IMG/VR virus record: IMGVR_UViG_3300033156_000439
Location: 17,824 to 81,823 of that record
DNA: 64,000 nucleotides
DNA from: a virus
Reading direction: 5' to 3' (one strand)
Part shown: positions 18,691 through 29,293 of the stretch, piece after piece
Numbering within the stretch: position 1 is the first letter of the stretch
How the letters are laid out: the number at the start of each line of letters is the position of its first letter
Notes under the pieces: model-generated
What the model was told of the DNA's origin: nothing
The model's input: the letters and a program-made list of their open reading frames with translations, nothing else
The model's database searches: none
Translations under genes and position numbers: made by a program

Positions 18691-19027
18691 CTCTTTCGAA
18701 AATGGTTATTTCGGCGAATAAAATGGTAGGGGCAAATATCTGGGTTTTAAGCCCAACGCTGCCTCCGTTAGGCGATTCTCCGAGGAGTTTGAATAAAAAT
18801 CCTCTGAGAGAGCTTCGTTTAAGAGGCGTCTCGTGATGTTCACTGTAATCGGTTTCGTGTGTTTAACCATTCTCCGCCGCTCTTTTATTCTTTTCTCTTA
18901 CGTAATCGTTTAAGTGTTTTACTCCTTCACTACGTAGTATGAAGGTAGTAAAAATTACCCTTTTATTATTAATATTTATTTAATTATATTTATTTTATTA
19001 TTTTATTATTGGGGGACAAAAATCAGG

Positions 19028-19684
19028 ATGCAAGCTATTGAATACGAAATGCGAAAAAACACATCTCTATTTGTAGGAGTCATCTTTTCTCCTTCCTTCC
19101 CATATTGGCATATAGAGGCTCTTCAGGCTTTCTTAAATACTAAGAAGCCTCTTAGGTGGATGCTTGATATAGAAAGAAATCATGGTATTGCTGCTGCAAG
19201 AAATAAAATAGTTCAGTCTTTTCTTAAGACGACCTATACACATCTTATGCTCCTCGACTCAGACGTGATTTTGTACGAGGATACGGTAACTCGAATGCTC
19301 GAAATAGACGAAGATGTGGTAGTTGCAAACGTACCACAAAAGCCCGACGGAGGTGTTCCATGTGTAGAGCATTCAGAGTTACCATACAAAAGGGGCAAAC
19401 AAATATCCGTAAATGGTGCCCAGCCAGTGAAGAAATTCATGCTCTGTGGTCTTGGATGTATCCTCGTGAAGCGGGAAGTCTTCGAGCAAATGGACTTTCC
19501 TTATTTCCGATATGCTTCACAAGAGTTCGATACTCTTCCTGATTGGTATAGAGTATCGGAGGACTATTTCTTCTTTGTACGTTTAGAAGAGCTTGGTATA
19601 AAGCCAGTTTATCTTCCTAAAGCAAAAACTAAGCATATTACGAGTGCTGCGCTTGAGTGCGGAAAGGGGTTGGTACTTGTATGA
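19028..19684 (+). CDS. Glycosyltransferase, GT-A fold (GT2-like)
   Basis: ARNKIV, HLMLLDSD, CGLGCILVKREVF and SEDYFF motifs. Confidence 0.85.
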   Translation: MQAIEYEMRKNTSLFVGVIFSPSFPYWHIEALQAFLNTKKPLRWMLDIERNHGIAAARNKIVQSFLKTTYTHLMLLDSDVILYEDTVTRMLEIDEDVVVANVPQKPDGGVPCVEHSELPYKRGKQISVNGAQPVKKFMLCGLGCILVKREVFEQMDFPYFRYASQEFDTLPDWYRVSEDYFFFVRLEELGIKPVYLPKAKTKHITSAALECGKGLVLV

Positions 19685-20817
19685 AAGTAGGAGTCATAAC
19701 TTCGGTTTTCTTTCCTCTTATAGACAATGCTTACAAGTTCTATGGAGGAATGGAAATTAGAACTTTGTCCTTGATTGAATATCTAAGCCAGAGAGGGCAT
19801 GATGTACATGTCTTTGCGACCAAGGATTCTTCTCTTCACATAAAGAATGTGACTCTTCATACCGGAAATTACCCTATTTGGGACGGCAAACGTTTATCGT
19901 CCTACGATACAGAAAAAGATATCATAGTGAGCAATTTGGACATCCTAAAGAGTTGTGATGCAGTTATTGAGGATAATCATTTTCATTATTACAATTATCT
20001 CGCTTCGAAGAAAGGCTTCAAACAAAATGTAGCAATGTCTTGGGACTTCTATCCGAATAATCTCAAGGTCTTACCTCCTACACCAAGAAATGTACTTTGT
20101 GTATCGAAGTGGTTACGCAATGAGATTAGGGATAAGTTCGCTCATGCTGGACACAAAATTTATTACGCTTATTCAGGACTAAACTTGGATTACTATAAGC
20201 CTTTTAATAATCACCCCTCCTTTGATGGACCAATTTTGTTCCTCAATAGATTTTCTCACATCAAAGGAGGGCATATATTCCTTCAGTTGGCAAAAGATAT
20301 GCCTGACGAGGGATTCCTAATGATGGGTGACGTTCTCTTTACACAAGAAGGTACTTACGCGTGGAAACTCAAACAAATAGCAGACGATATGCCTAATGTA
20401 AAAGTCATATTCAATGCTTCATGGGAAGAAAAGATTAATGCGTTGCAGACATGTAAATTTCTTGTTCATCCGTGTATAGTTCCAGAGCCTCTTGGGCTTG
20501 ATTGTCTTGAAGCACAATATCTTGGCAAATACGTTATAGGATTTGCGATGGGTGGACTCCTTGAAACAGTTAAAGAAGGTAAAACAGGAAGTTTAGTCTT
20601 TCCTGAGAGAAATTCAGAGGCAAATTACAAGAGGTTGAAAGAGAGAGTCGAAATTTTTACATCAAAGGAACCGAATCCGAAAGTTTGCATTAGGAACGTT
20701 GAAGAAAATTTCAATTTCAAGAAGTTTTCAGCTCCTGTTTATGAAGCAATACTGATGGGCAAAAGTGAAGATGAAATCCACGAATTAGAACGTAAACAAA
20801 ATGCTGTCGCAATATGA
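19681..20817 (+). CDS. Glycosyltransferase family 4 (GT-B)
   Basis: YGGMEIR, GHDVHVFA, RFSHIKG, EPLGLDCLEA and GGLLETVKEGKTG; start probably MKVGV at 19681. Confidence 0.9.
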   Translation: MKVGVITSVFFPLIDNAYKFYGGMEIRTLSLIEYLSQRGHDVHVFATKDSSLHIKNVTLHTGNYPIWDGKRLSSYDTEKDIIVSNLDILKSCDAVIEDNHFHYYNYLASKKGFKQNVAMSWDFYPNNLKVLPPTPRNVLCVSKWLRNEIRDKFAHAGHKIYYAYSGLNLDYYKPFNNHPSFDGPILFLNRFSHIKGGHIFLQLAKDMPDEGFLMMGDVLFTQEGTYAWKLKQIADDMPNVKVIFNASWEEKINALQTCKFLVHPCIVPEPLGLDCLEAQYLGKYVIGFAMGGLLETVKEGKTGSLVFPERNSEANYKRLKERVEIFTSKEPNPKVCIRNVEENFNFKKFSAPVYEAILMGKSEDEIHELERKQNAVAI

Positions 20818-21311
20818 AGGATACGACCCCAATTCTCGTTAAAAGTACAACAAAGCAGAAACTTTCGGAGGCAAAAGAAATACTTCGGAAGACTTGGGAT
20901 GATTTCCTTGTGTACCTTCTCGAGTTTTATATTTCTCATGCAGATGAGGATGATAAGGAGTTAGACAAGGCTGATGTAATGCGCTATTGCATCTCTTCTC
21001 CCGATACGAGTTCACTCGAGTTCCATAGAGATCAGCTTACGAAGATTCTTACAGATTTGGAACACACATACGCAACAACCGGTGATCCAAAAGACAAAGC
21101 GACAATTGCTGAGAAGATTGCTCGTATTAATGCCTCTCTTAAAGACATTTCAAAAACTGATGAAAGTAGTCGAGTACTTGAAGAGATAGCTCAAATAAAA
21201 AAGAACAGATTAAAAATCTTAAAGAATATAGCTCCAACAAAAACTGTAAAACGAAATGAAGATAAAGAAGAGATATCGGAAACTGAGAGTGAACAAGAAG
21301 CAAATAATTAA
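20814..21311 (+). CDS. Putative terminase small subunit
   Basis: Directly upstream of TerL; RHH-like N-term (TTPILVKSTTKQKL..TWDDFLVYLL) and helical C-term. Confidence 0.5.
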   Translation: MKDTTPILVKSTTKQKLSEAKEILRKTWDDFLVYLLEFYISHADEDDKELDKADVMRYCISSPDTSSLEFHRDQLTKILTDLEHTYATTGDPKDKATIAEKIARINASLKDISKTDESSRVLEEIAQIKKNRLKILKNIAPTKTVKRNEDKEEISETESEQEANN

Positions 21312-22881
21312 GGTCATTTGTGATTATTGTGGAAAGGAATACGAGGTCACTGAGCAAGTTTACTATGCTAAGATGCGACAGGGCTTTAGATACTTCTTCT
21401 GTTCGGAGCAATGTTTAGCCCGTGCTCGTGCAGAATACTTATGGAACCGTAAAGCGCCAGTTAACATTCCTGATGAGCTTAAAGAAGAGCCTGAAGTTGA
21501 GGTGTCTCTCATACCGGAGGATATGCAAGGCTTTTGTTACTATTGTCATCGACGAATCCCAAAGTCAGCAATATTTTGTGAAGAACACGCAACCAAAGAA
21601 CATCTTGCAATATTTGAAGCAACTCAGGAATTGCCAGTTCACCCAAGAGGTTGGTGGTCCTACGAAATAATTAAGGATTGGCTTTCAGGTTACAAGAAAA
21701 TTCTTCTAAAAGCTCCGTCTGGAACGGGTAAGAGCGTTCTTGAGGACATTATGGCGTATTTGAATTTGACACTCTTCGATAATTCCTTCACTCTTATAGG
21801 TTCAATTTCAATGCCAATAGCCGTGCAGCACATAGACAGAATTCGTGGATGGGTGGCTATGTCTCCCTTTAGAAACTTCATAGTGTATGACAGTAAAGAA
21901 CAAATAAAACTTAAGAATGGTTCGAGAGTGTTAGCGATAGCGCAAAATGAAAAGACTCGAGGTGGTTACCATCCTGATTTGATTCTGTTGGATGAGCTTG
22001 CTCGTATACGACCTTCTGCCTATTATGGCTTGTTTTATCAGATGGGAAAAACAAAGGGGGCAACTGAAATAGGAGTATCGACTCCATTCCTCAACTCAGG
22101 AGCCTTTCTCAAGCTTTGGCATTCAGGAACGTCCAGAAATTATTCAGTAAAGCTTGAAGATTGTTGGTTTATTACTGAAGAAATGATAAGGGATGCTCAA
22201 AAAGACATGTCCCCCTCCTTTTTTGATCAGGTATTTAAAGCTGAATTTGTAGCAACCTCTAATAGAGTGATTCCAGATGAGCAACTCCTTAACGCTATTA
22301 CGGATACAAGATCGAAATATACAGGAGAAACAATAATGGGTCTCGACTTTGGACGCAAGCGAGATCATACAGCATTGGTAGTTCTTAATGATGAGGGTCA
22401 TGTCATATACACCGAAATTTTGCCTCTCAAGACAACTTGGCGAGAACAATATGCCATAATACGCGATAGAACAAAAAAATTTAATCCTACCACGATATAT
22501 GCGGATCAGACATCGATTGGTGATCCCATACTGGAGGAACTTTCGGACCTTCCGATTGAGCCTGTCCTAATGTCTAACGATAAATTAAAAAAGAAGATTA
22601 TTGACAATTTGGTTTTGTGTTTTGCTTATAATTCGATTCACATACCCAAAGATGAACAAAAGTTGATTGATCAGCTTTCAGCTTTTGTATATTTAGACGA
22701 TAACTTAAGTAAGTGTGGTCCTGAAGGAGGAGCACATGACGACCTTGTGGACGCGTTGGCTCTTGCCTCCTTGGGACTCGAACGACATATTGATGAAGAA
22801 GAAACTGCAGATAGTTGGGGAGCGATTGGTGGAGAACGGTCGCTCGATATGGAAGAAAGTCCTTGGACAATTGTATGGTGA
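21256..22881 (+). CDS. terL: Terminase large subunit with N-terminal Zn fingers
   Basis: Walker A APSGTGKS, RGGYHPDLILLDE (Walker B), nuclease MGLDFGRKRDHTA and HDDLVDALALA; N-term CDYC..FCSEQC and CYYC..FCEEH. Confidence 0.92.
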   Translation: MKIKKRYRKLRVNKKQIIKVICDYCGKEYEVTEQVYYAKMRQGFRYFFCSEQCLARARAEYLWNRKAPVNIPDELKEEPEVEVSLIPEDMQGFCYYCHRRIPKSAIFCEEHATKEHLAIFEATQELPVHPRGWWSYEIIKDWLSGYKKILLKAPSGTGKSVLEDIMAYLNLTLFDNSFTLIGSISMPIAVQHIDRIRGWVAMSPFRNFIVYDSKEQIKLKNGSRVLAIAQNEKTRGGYHPDLILLDELARIRPSAYYGLFYQMGKTKGATEIGVSTPFLNSGAFLKLWHSGTSRNYSVKLEDCWFITEEMIRDAQKDMSPSFFDQVFKAEFVATSNRVIPDEQLLNAITDTRSKYTGETIMGLDFGRKRDHTALVVLNDEGHVIYTEILPLKTTWREQYAIIRDRTKKFNPTTIYADQTSIGDPILEELSDLPIEPVLMSNDKLKKKIIDNLVLCFAYNSIHIPKDEQKLIDQLSAFVYLDDNLSKCGPEGGAHDDLVDALALASLGLERHIDEEETADSWGAIGGERSLDMEESPWTIVW

Positions 22882-23875
22882 TCGGGATACAGATCCTTGG
22901 AAAGTAGGTGCTCCGAGTGGTGAAGACGAGAGTGATGAGTCTTCCAGAACTTTTAAGACTACACACGCGTTAGAGGTGGGTGGACCATCTCAAGAAGACT
23001 GGGAATTGTATTTGACAAGTCCTCCAGCATTTGCAGCAGTTGAAGCCGTCACCTTTGCTGTTCTCTCTGCTGGTTTTGAAATTCATGGTGAGAGTGAGCA
23101 AATTAGGGAAAGATACACACGGCGCTTTGATAAAGTATTTCCAAAGCTTTATTCTGTTATGCGAGACGCTTTAGTATTTGGCGACAGTTATTCGAGAATC
23201 CTCTTCGGGAGGGATAACCATTTTACTGATATTGAAGTTTTATTTCCGCTCAATGTAGTAACTCAGAATGGTAATTACTTTGTACGAGAAGGCGGGAAAC
23301 TTGTTCGCGTCAAAAATATTTGGCACTTTCAAGCTATGGCTCGTACAGATTCCTCATTTGGCATATCAATGATAGGTGTAGCAAGACAACCTCTTAAGTG
23401 GAAGAAGGAAATTGACGAGAGTGTCCACGAGGGTATTATCAGACACGGTTTTGCGAAATATCACATTCAGTGCCTTCCTGACAGACGAGGACTTTATCCC
23501 GATGAAAATAAGCTCAAAGAATTGGAGAGACAATTTAGAAAGATTCACGTTGGTCATGAGTTTGTTTCGACAGATAAGGTTAAAATTGATCCAATTGACA
23601 CGTCTGGATTTCCAGCTCTCTTAGACTATCTGCAATATTACACGAGTCTCGCTGCAACCGGCTTAATGGTTCCGGCTGAAACTCTTGGACAGGGTATAGC
23701 AACTTCACAGTATGCAACTGCTAAAGTAAGGATGGAATTCTTCCTCAAGAATACTATTCCTTATTTCCAAAGAGTCCTTGAATGTTCCATTAATGATAAT
23801 CTCATGGGAGAACGAGCTGAGGGAGCTATATTTAAATTAAATGAGCCTAAAGAAATTTCGTATAAGACAGGATGA
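22715..23875 (+). CDS. Portal protein (start uncertain, probably near 22870)
   Basis: Follows TerL; RDALVFGDSY, FGISMI, GLMVPAETLG and IPYFQRVLE resemble portal motifs. Confidence 0.8.
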   Translation: MVLKEEHMTTLWTRWLLPPWDSNDILMKKKLQIVGERLVENGRSIWKKVLGQLYGDRDTDPWKVGAPSGEDESDESSRTFKTTHALEVGGPSQEDWELYLTSPPAFAAVEAVTFAVLSAGFEIHGESEQIRERYTRRFDKVFPKLYSVMRDALVFGDSYSRILFGRDNHFTDIEVLFPLNVVTQNGNYFVREGGKLVRVKNIWHFQAMARTDSSFGISMIGVARQPLKWKKEIDESVHEGIIRHGFAKYHIQCLPDRRGLYPDENKLKELERQFRKIHVGHEFVSTDKVKIDPIDTSGFPALLDYLQYYTSLAATGLMVPAETLGQGIATSQYATAKVRMEFFLKNTIPYFQRVLECSINDNLMGERAEGAIFKLNEPKEISYKTG

Positions 23876-24303
23876 TTCACGATACATTTACACCTTTAGG
23901 ACGAGAGAAAAAGGATATATTTCACGATAGGATTTTAGTAGAGAGTGGGGACATGTTATATGATTCCACATCCCAAGGTGTTCCCATTTTCATACCCCCT
24001 AATGTTCTGAAAAATGCTCGTATTCCTAAAAAGTTACCATTTCAGATTTTTCACAATGGAAAGGAAGTTGGGGAAGTTAAAAATATTCGATGGGATGGTA
24101 GAGCGCTTAGAGGAGATATTCATGTTTACCCTCAACACAATGAAGAGGTAGTTAGAGAGCTTTTGAGGGGAAATCATGGTTTGTCTATGCGCTTCTCTTC
24201 TATTGATGAGGATTATAAAACCTATACCTTAATTAAGGACTTGACGTTGGAGCATTTAGCTCTTGTTCCAGCTCCAGCGTCGCCGTCTGCAAGAATAGTG
24301 TAA
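23872..24303 (+). CDS. Capsid maturation protease 1 (HK97-type, minimal)
   Basis: FHNGKEVGEV, GLSMRF and LEHLALVPAPASPSARI; lies between portal and MCP. Confidence 0.75.
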   Translation: MIHDTFTPLGREKKDIFHDRILVESGDMLYDSTSQGVPIFIPPNVLKNARIPKKLPFQIFHNGKEVGEVKNIRWDGRALRGDIHVYPQHNEEVVRELLRGNHGLSMRFSSIDEDYKTYTLIKDLTLEHLALVPAPASPSARIV

Positions 24304-24333
24304 AATTCTACGAAAGAGATAAGGAGAAAAGAA

Positions 24334-25188
24334 ATGGGTGAATTAGCTGATAGGTTAAAAGAATACGTCGCTAAGGTGCAGACCCACGAACTCAGTGCGT
24401 CTGATGATATACGACGACTAACGCAGAAAGCCTATTATAACGCTGTCATGGCTGGAGCTAAACGAAGGGAATTCATGAGGAAGATATTACCTGTTGTCAA
24501 AACAAGTTCACATAGAGTGAGAGTATTCACATCTAATGCGAATGGATATGCTTCAAAAGGAGCTTATAAGGGTGAACCTCCTATTTTTCATCCTAAATAC
24601 ACAAGCGTCGATGTGGTCACCGAAAAAGCTTGGACTTTACCTCTCGCTCCAAAAGAATTGGTTGAGGACGCAGAATTTGGCTTAATAGAGAATGAGGTTT
24701 CATTGGCTGGTATGCGATTGGAGAACACTTTAAACCAGGATGCAATTTCTACTTTAATAGATAGTGCTGATCATTCTGTAACATGTAGCATAGCATCTTC
24801 AGTAACGGCAATAAAAGACGCTTGTATTTATGTTGCAAACTCTCAATTTACTCCAACCCATTTGATTGCCAATCCATATTTCTTCTTTTCTGCTATGGCA
24901 ACTGCACAGTCACCTTTAATGTATAATGAGGAACAGGGTGGTCCTCTTGATATGAAATTCCTTGCTGTGACTTCAAATGGCAATAAAAATTGGAGATGGG
25001 AAAACGCAGGAGATGTCGGAGCAGTAGTGTTAGATGCTGAAATGGCAGCACTGATCCTCATGAAGGAGGATATAACAGTGAAAAAATATTCTGATCCTCT
25101 CAATGATTTACGTGGTGCAATAGTAGAAATGAAATACAAAGTTGTAGTAAGAAAACCCAAAGCTATTTGTATAATTAAACATGATTAG
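24334..25188 (+). CDS. HK97-fold major capsid protein 1
   Basis: ELVEDAEFGLIE..RLENTLN, PTHLIANP, C-term DITVKKYSDPLNDLRGAIVEMKY..KPKAI; paralogous to 42012..42998. Confidence 0.8.
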   Translation: MGELADRLKEYVAKVQTHELSASDDIRRLTQKAYYNAVMAGAKRREFMRKILPVVKTSSHRVRVFTSNANGYASKGAYKGEPPIFHPKYTSVDVVTEKAWTLPLAPKELVEDAEFGLIENEVSLAGMRLENTLNQDAISTLIDSADHSVTCSIASSVTAIKDACIYVANSQFTPTHLIANPYFFFSAMATAQSPLMYNEEQGGPLDMKFLAVTSNGNKNWRWENAGDVGAVVLDAEMAALILMKEDITVKKYSDPLNDLRGAIVEMKYKVVVRKPKAICIIKHD

Positions 25189-25197
25189 GGGAGGAAA

Positions 25198-25875
25198 ATG
25201 CGAACAATTGTTCTATTAGTAGCTCTTTTAGTATTATGTCTCGTTCCGCTTTCTCAAGCAGCCCTTTCCAGTGTGGTCACGCTTAACGCTACGGACGCGT
25301 CAGGGATTAATCACGAGTTGTATTACATTGATTTCCGAGAAGACTTGGATGAAGGAGTGATTTATAACTCAGAGAGCACTGCTGATCGTGGAACCGTTTT
25401 ATTCAAACAAGAGGCTATGAGTGCTGGTAATGCCATCATGGTAGCCACAAATTATACCTATTTTGAAGGACGTGCTTTAATATCAGGTGCATCTTTAGTA
25501 GAGAATATGGGCGGAGTCAATGTTCACAGTGCCAATTACACATTAGGTGTGGTAGGTCTAAAAGGAACTTCCAGTTCCAAATTAGCTGTGGCTTCTGCTT
25601 CGAGTATCTCTCCCTACAATGTGCAGTATCAGTATAGCGTTTCGGGAGCAAATGGAGGCGCAGGGATTGGTGCTGCTGAAGTAAGTAACACAGGTAAGAC
25701 CCATGCAAAAACAACAATAAGAGATGCAAAACAATTTGCATTGTCTGGTGAGTTGAGTTGGTCAGTACCAAAACCCGCTGGAGGAATAGAAGTACCAAAT
25801 ACAGACATATCACATTTGTGTGTATGGGCTCAGGAGAGTCCTGCATATCCTATCTTTCCAGGAATAGGAGCGTGA
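25198..25875 (+). CDS. Secreted or surface protein with signal peptide
   Basis: MRTIVLLVALLVLCLVPLSQA signal peptide; Gly/Ser/Ala-rich beta-type body. Confidence 0.7.
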   Translation: MRTIVLLVALLVLCLVPLSQAALSSVVTLNATDASGINHELYYIDFREDLDEGVIYNSESTADRGTVLFKQEAMSAGNAIMVATNYTYFEGRALISGASLVENMGGVNVHSANYTLGVVGLKGTSSSKLAVASASSISPYNVQYQYSVSGANGGAGIGAAEVSNTGKTHAKTTIRDAKQFALSGELSWSVPKPAGGIEVPNTDISHLCVWAQESPAYPIFPGIGA

Positions 25876-25876
25876 A

Positions 25877-26872
25877 ATGAAAACTCCTCTTTCCTCTATT
25901 TTTAATTTTGGAGCAATTCCCTCTCCTTGGGATAAAAGGGACGTTATATACGCGGCTCTTACTTCAAAAGAGAAGCCAGAGGTATTTAGTCTTAAGAAAT
26001 ACCAAGGACCGGTAGTAGATCAAGGTTCTCGACAGATATGCGTTCCTTGTGCGTTGTGTGCAATTGTAGAGTCAAAGCAATTTTACAATACTAATTTGTC
26101 CGAATGTTACATTTACAAGCGTCGTTCCCATAAGGGAGACGGTATGGTGCTGAGGAACGCTCTCAAAATTATGCAAAAGGAAGGCACTTGTCAAGAAATG
26201 TGCTTTCCGTTGTCTACGTGTCAAGAACGATGCAGTGAAAGTTCAATTAAAAAGAATGCTCTGTCTTATAGGATAGGAGAATATCACAGAGTATTCAATG
26301 ACATTATTGGCACAATGTTTACACACAAATTACCAGTGTTTGCAGCCGTTCCCGTGTATGATAATTGGTCCTACGACGCTTGCATACCCATGCCCTCTGG
26401 TGAATTCTTAGGCTTTCACGCTATTACGATTGTAGGATATGACCTCACAAAGAAATATTATGAATTCAAAAACTCTTGGGGAACAGAATGGGGAAACGGG
26501 GGATATGGGGAGTTGCCTCTCAATTATCCGATAGCCGAAGCGTGGATAGTTGAACCAAAACAGGGTAGTGACAATAAAGATTTAATTCCCGACGATGTAA
26601 CTATAAAGAATGCGATATGTGGAATGTCCATTTTCGGACTTGGTATTGAGCTTGAGATTACTGTTCCTTGGGATTGTACCGTAAAACCTAACTTCGGGAT
26701 ATTCCGGTTTCCACGAGCCCTCCATAGAGGGACGAATACGATCATGTTTCGAGTTCCATTCAAGAAGGGTTTACAACCCTTGAGCTTGACCTTTAAACAC
26801 AGAAACTCGTTAATTGAAATGTCTGCTACTCTTTCTAATACAATTCAATTGAGTGAGTGGGAAAGAATTTAA
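25877..26872 (+). CDS. Papain-like (C1) cysteine peptidase
   Basis: DQGSRQICV (Gln/Cys), FHAITIVGY (His), FKNSWGTEWGNGGYG (Asn). Confidence 0.9.
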   Translation: MKTPLSSIFNFGAIPSPWDKRDVIYAALTSKEKPEVFSLKKYQGPVVDQGSRQICVPCALCAIVESKQFYNTNLSECYIYKRRSHKGDGMVLRNALKIMQKEGTCQEMCFPLSTCQERCSESSIKKNALSYRIGEYHRVFNDIIGTMFTHKLPVFAAVPVYDNWSYDACIPMPSGEFLGFHAITIVGYDLTKKYYEFKNSWGTEWGNGGYGELPLNYPIAEAWIVEPKQGSDNKDLIPDDVTIKNAICGMSIFGLGIELEITVPWDCTVKPNFGIFRFPRALHRGTNTIMFRVPFKKGLQPLSLTFKHRNSLIEMSATLSNTIQLSEWERI

Positions 26873-26878
26873 ATTAGA

Positions 26879-29293
26879 ATGAGCCTACGAGTAACATTTC
26901 TCGGAGTGAGTGCAGAAGCAAAGGGACACTCTTGCATATTGATTGAGTCCCCTAAAGCGAAAGTTCTTTTAGAACCCACCCAGCGGGTTAAGGATGTTGA
27001 TGCTGTTATAATTACGGATATAGACAAAGATGAATATAGCGAATGGAAATATTATGCAGACCAAGGAGTTCCAATATATTCAGTAGCAGCAATAAAGAGA
27101 TGGGCAGAAGATGATGAGCTTCGTGAGCACATTCAAGTGATAAGCAACAAGTTCTCAATTAAGGGTCTCCACATGAATTGGCTAAAAGCTAATGTCGCTC
27201 CTCACGAACCAGCAGGCGGAGTTAGAATCCCAAGTTACGATGTAGATATAGTGCCTGAACTTCCACCTTATATTCCTCAAGCTTTAATAAAGGCATTCGG
27301 ACTGCCACCGTCTCACATCATTGTTGGTATTGGCTCTTATAAGAAGTTTGATCACAAAATATCATTTGAGGATTTTCTTCTTCAACTTGAGAAGACTCGG
27401 AGTGGCAAGGAAAAAGGTCTTTTATCTATTACTCTTACAAATTTCAGGAAAGATTTAAAGGAACATAAAAGTGAAGTCCTTAGAAGACTGAAAGAACGAT
27501 GGGATATACCCGTCTTTTGGGCGGAGAAGGACATGATACTTGAGTTCTCTAAGAGTGGACAGGTTGAACGAATAAATGGAACTTCTGGTGAATTAGAAAA
27601 GCTTTACCTTAAAGAATTCCTTTCCAAAGGAGTGGATTATGACATTAAACATGTTAAAACAAGGTGGAAAGAATGCATTGCAGATTTGCGATATTTGGCT
27701 AACAACGCCGTGCCTCGCTTGAAAGCAGGAAAGAAGTGGGGTGAGTGGACTCTTGATGCGTGCTATAAATATTTTGCTGCTTTGATAGATGCTCTTCGCA
27801 GTGTGTATTTTACACTTGTTCCTCCCACTCAACCTGAGCTATACAAAATAGAGCATCCTGATAAAGATCCTAAGGAAGCACTTAAGACTTCTTTCTGGCA
27901 GACATATTTAAAGGCTAAGAAATACATGAAGTCCAAACCTCCCAAGGATGAGGAAGAATTAAAAGAGTGGAATAAGAAGCGAGCAAAAATAATAAGTGCG
28001 TCTGAAGAAACAAAGAACCTTAAAGTTGGATACCTTTCTAAGGCTAAACCATATTTACGATTCTTCCTTCCTACTATTCATGAAGATATTGCGAGTGCTG
28101 GATGGGATGAAAAGAAGCTCCTTATTGATGTTAAAGCTGATGGTCTTAGAATTACTCTTTGGAAGTCAGGCGGTAAAGGGTACGTGTTTGTAGATCCAGA
28201 AGAACTTAAGCACAAGTCTCCATTAATAAACAAATATATTCCTCAGATAGTGAGAGAGATCGAAGAACACTTCCCTGATAACACAGCTCTTGATGGGGAA
28301 CTTTATGCAGCAAAAGGCAATGAGGCTTTACATAGAACTGTCATAAATGGAATTATAAATACTAAGCTTCCTCCCGAAAGATTCATACCTTATGCGTACG
28401 CATTTATATTTGATGTCCTTGTTTATAAAGGGAATGATGTTCGAGATAAATCTCTTGAAGATAGACTGAAACTGCTCCAAACTTTCAAGTCCACTTCACA
28501 TATCAAAATAGAAAAAGTAAGCAAAGTTGCAATACCAAGCTATTCTGGGTACATAGTAGACGGGAATAACAAGAGTATGATAGATAAAGCCATTCATTTG
28601 ATAAAAACTTCAAAACACGGTCTCCATAAGGGATTGCAAGAGGGTGTTATGATTAAAACTTTAGATCATTTCTACGAAGTCCCTACGAATAAAGGAGCAG
28701 CTAAATGTAAGTTTTGGCACGAAGTTGACACTGTGGTGCTGGATAAGAAGTTGGTAAAAGGACAAACTGATGTATGGAATTATTATCTGGGCATTGAAAT
28801 ACCAGCCGGATATGCTAAGATGATGCTTGATGATACTCAGGCGTATAAACGGGTTCGATGTTTGTATAACGGTCATCTTTACAAAAAGAAAGAGTGTCAA
28901 GATTATTTAGACAGGCGAGGTGCTCGATTCTTTATGGAATACGGAAAGTCGGATAACACAAAAATTAAGTGTGATGTTGGAGACGTCCTTAGAGTGTCCT
29001 CTGAAGAAGTCCTTTATAATGCAAACGAAACTCATCCAGAATGCCCCTATTATACAGGATACATAAATAGGGCGATGGAGCCAGTGCCAGAAAGAAAGAC
29101 TTCTGATAATTTAGTCGTGTTGCACCGTCTTGCTTTACTTGAACCTCAGCGGATACCCTTGGAAGTCTTAGCGAAATGGAAAGAAAATATGCCTCCAGAG
29201 ATAAAGAAGTATTGCGACTATATCAGGTCCTTATCTACTCCAAAACTAATTCAATTTTATAATGCACTAAAGAAGGTTCAAAATGAAGAGTGA
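26879..29293 (+). CDS. ATP-dependent DNA ligase with a degenerate N-terminal metallo-beta-lactamase-like domain
   Basis: Ligase motifs I KADGLR, III LDGELY, IIIa FIFDVL, IV EGVMIK, V KCK; N-term LRVTFLGV..HSCILIE..VDAVIIT lacks HxHxDH. Confidence 0.8.
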   Translation: MSLRVTFLGVSAEAKGHSCILIESPKAKVLLEPTQRVKDVDAVIITDIDKDEYSEWKYYADQGVPIYSVAAIKRWAEDDELREHIQVISNKFSIKGLHMNWLKANVAPHEPAGGVRIPSYDVDIVPELPPYIPQALIKAFGLPPSHIIVGIGSYKKFDHKISFEDFLLQLEKTRSGKEKGLLSITLTNFRKDLKEHKSEVLRRLKERWDIPVFWAEKDMILEFSKSGQVERINGTSGELEKLYLKEFLSKGVDYDIKHVKTRWKECIADLRYLANNAVPRLKAGKKWGEWTLDACYKYFAALIDALRSVYFTLVPPTQPELYKIEHPDKDPKEALKTSFWQTYLKAKKYMKSKPPKDEEELKEWNKKRAKIISASEETKNLKVGYLSKAKPYLRFFLPTIHEDIASAGWDEKKLLIDVKADGLRITLWKSGGKGYVFVDPEELKHKSPLINKYIPQIVREIEEHFPDNTALDGELYAAKGNEALHRTVINGIINTKLPPERFIPYAYAFIFDVLVYKGNDVRDKSLEDRLKLLQTFKSTSHIKIEKVSKVAIPSYSGYIVDGNNKSMIDKAIHLIKTSKHGLHKGLQEGVMIKTLDHFYEVPTNKGAAKCKFWHEVDTVVLDKKLVKGQTDVWNYYLGIEIPAGYAKMMLDDTQAYKRVRCLYNGHLYKKKECQDYLDRRGARFFMEYGKSDNTKIKCDVGDVLRVSSEEVLYNANETHPECPYYTGYINRAMEPVPERKTSDNLVVLHRLALLEPQRIPLEVLAKWKENMPPEIKKYCDYIRSLSTPKLIQFYNALKKVQNEE

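Noticed and set aside
18640-18700. Archaeal ORB/Cdc6 origin
   Set aside because: A G-string is present but there is no TTCCAGTGGAAAC-like ORB core and no orc1/cdc6 gene in the window
15760-19020. CRISPR or mini-CRISPR array in the long non-coding region
   Set aside because: No 25-40 bp direct repeats with regular unique spacers; only short AT-rich motifs and hairpins
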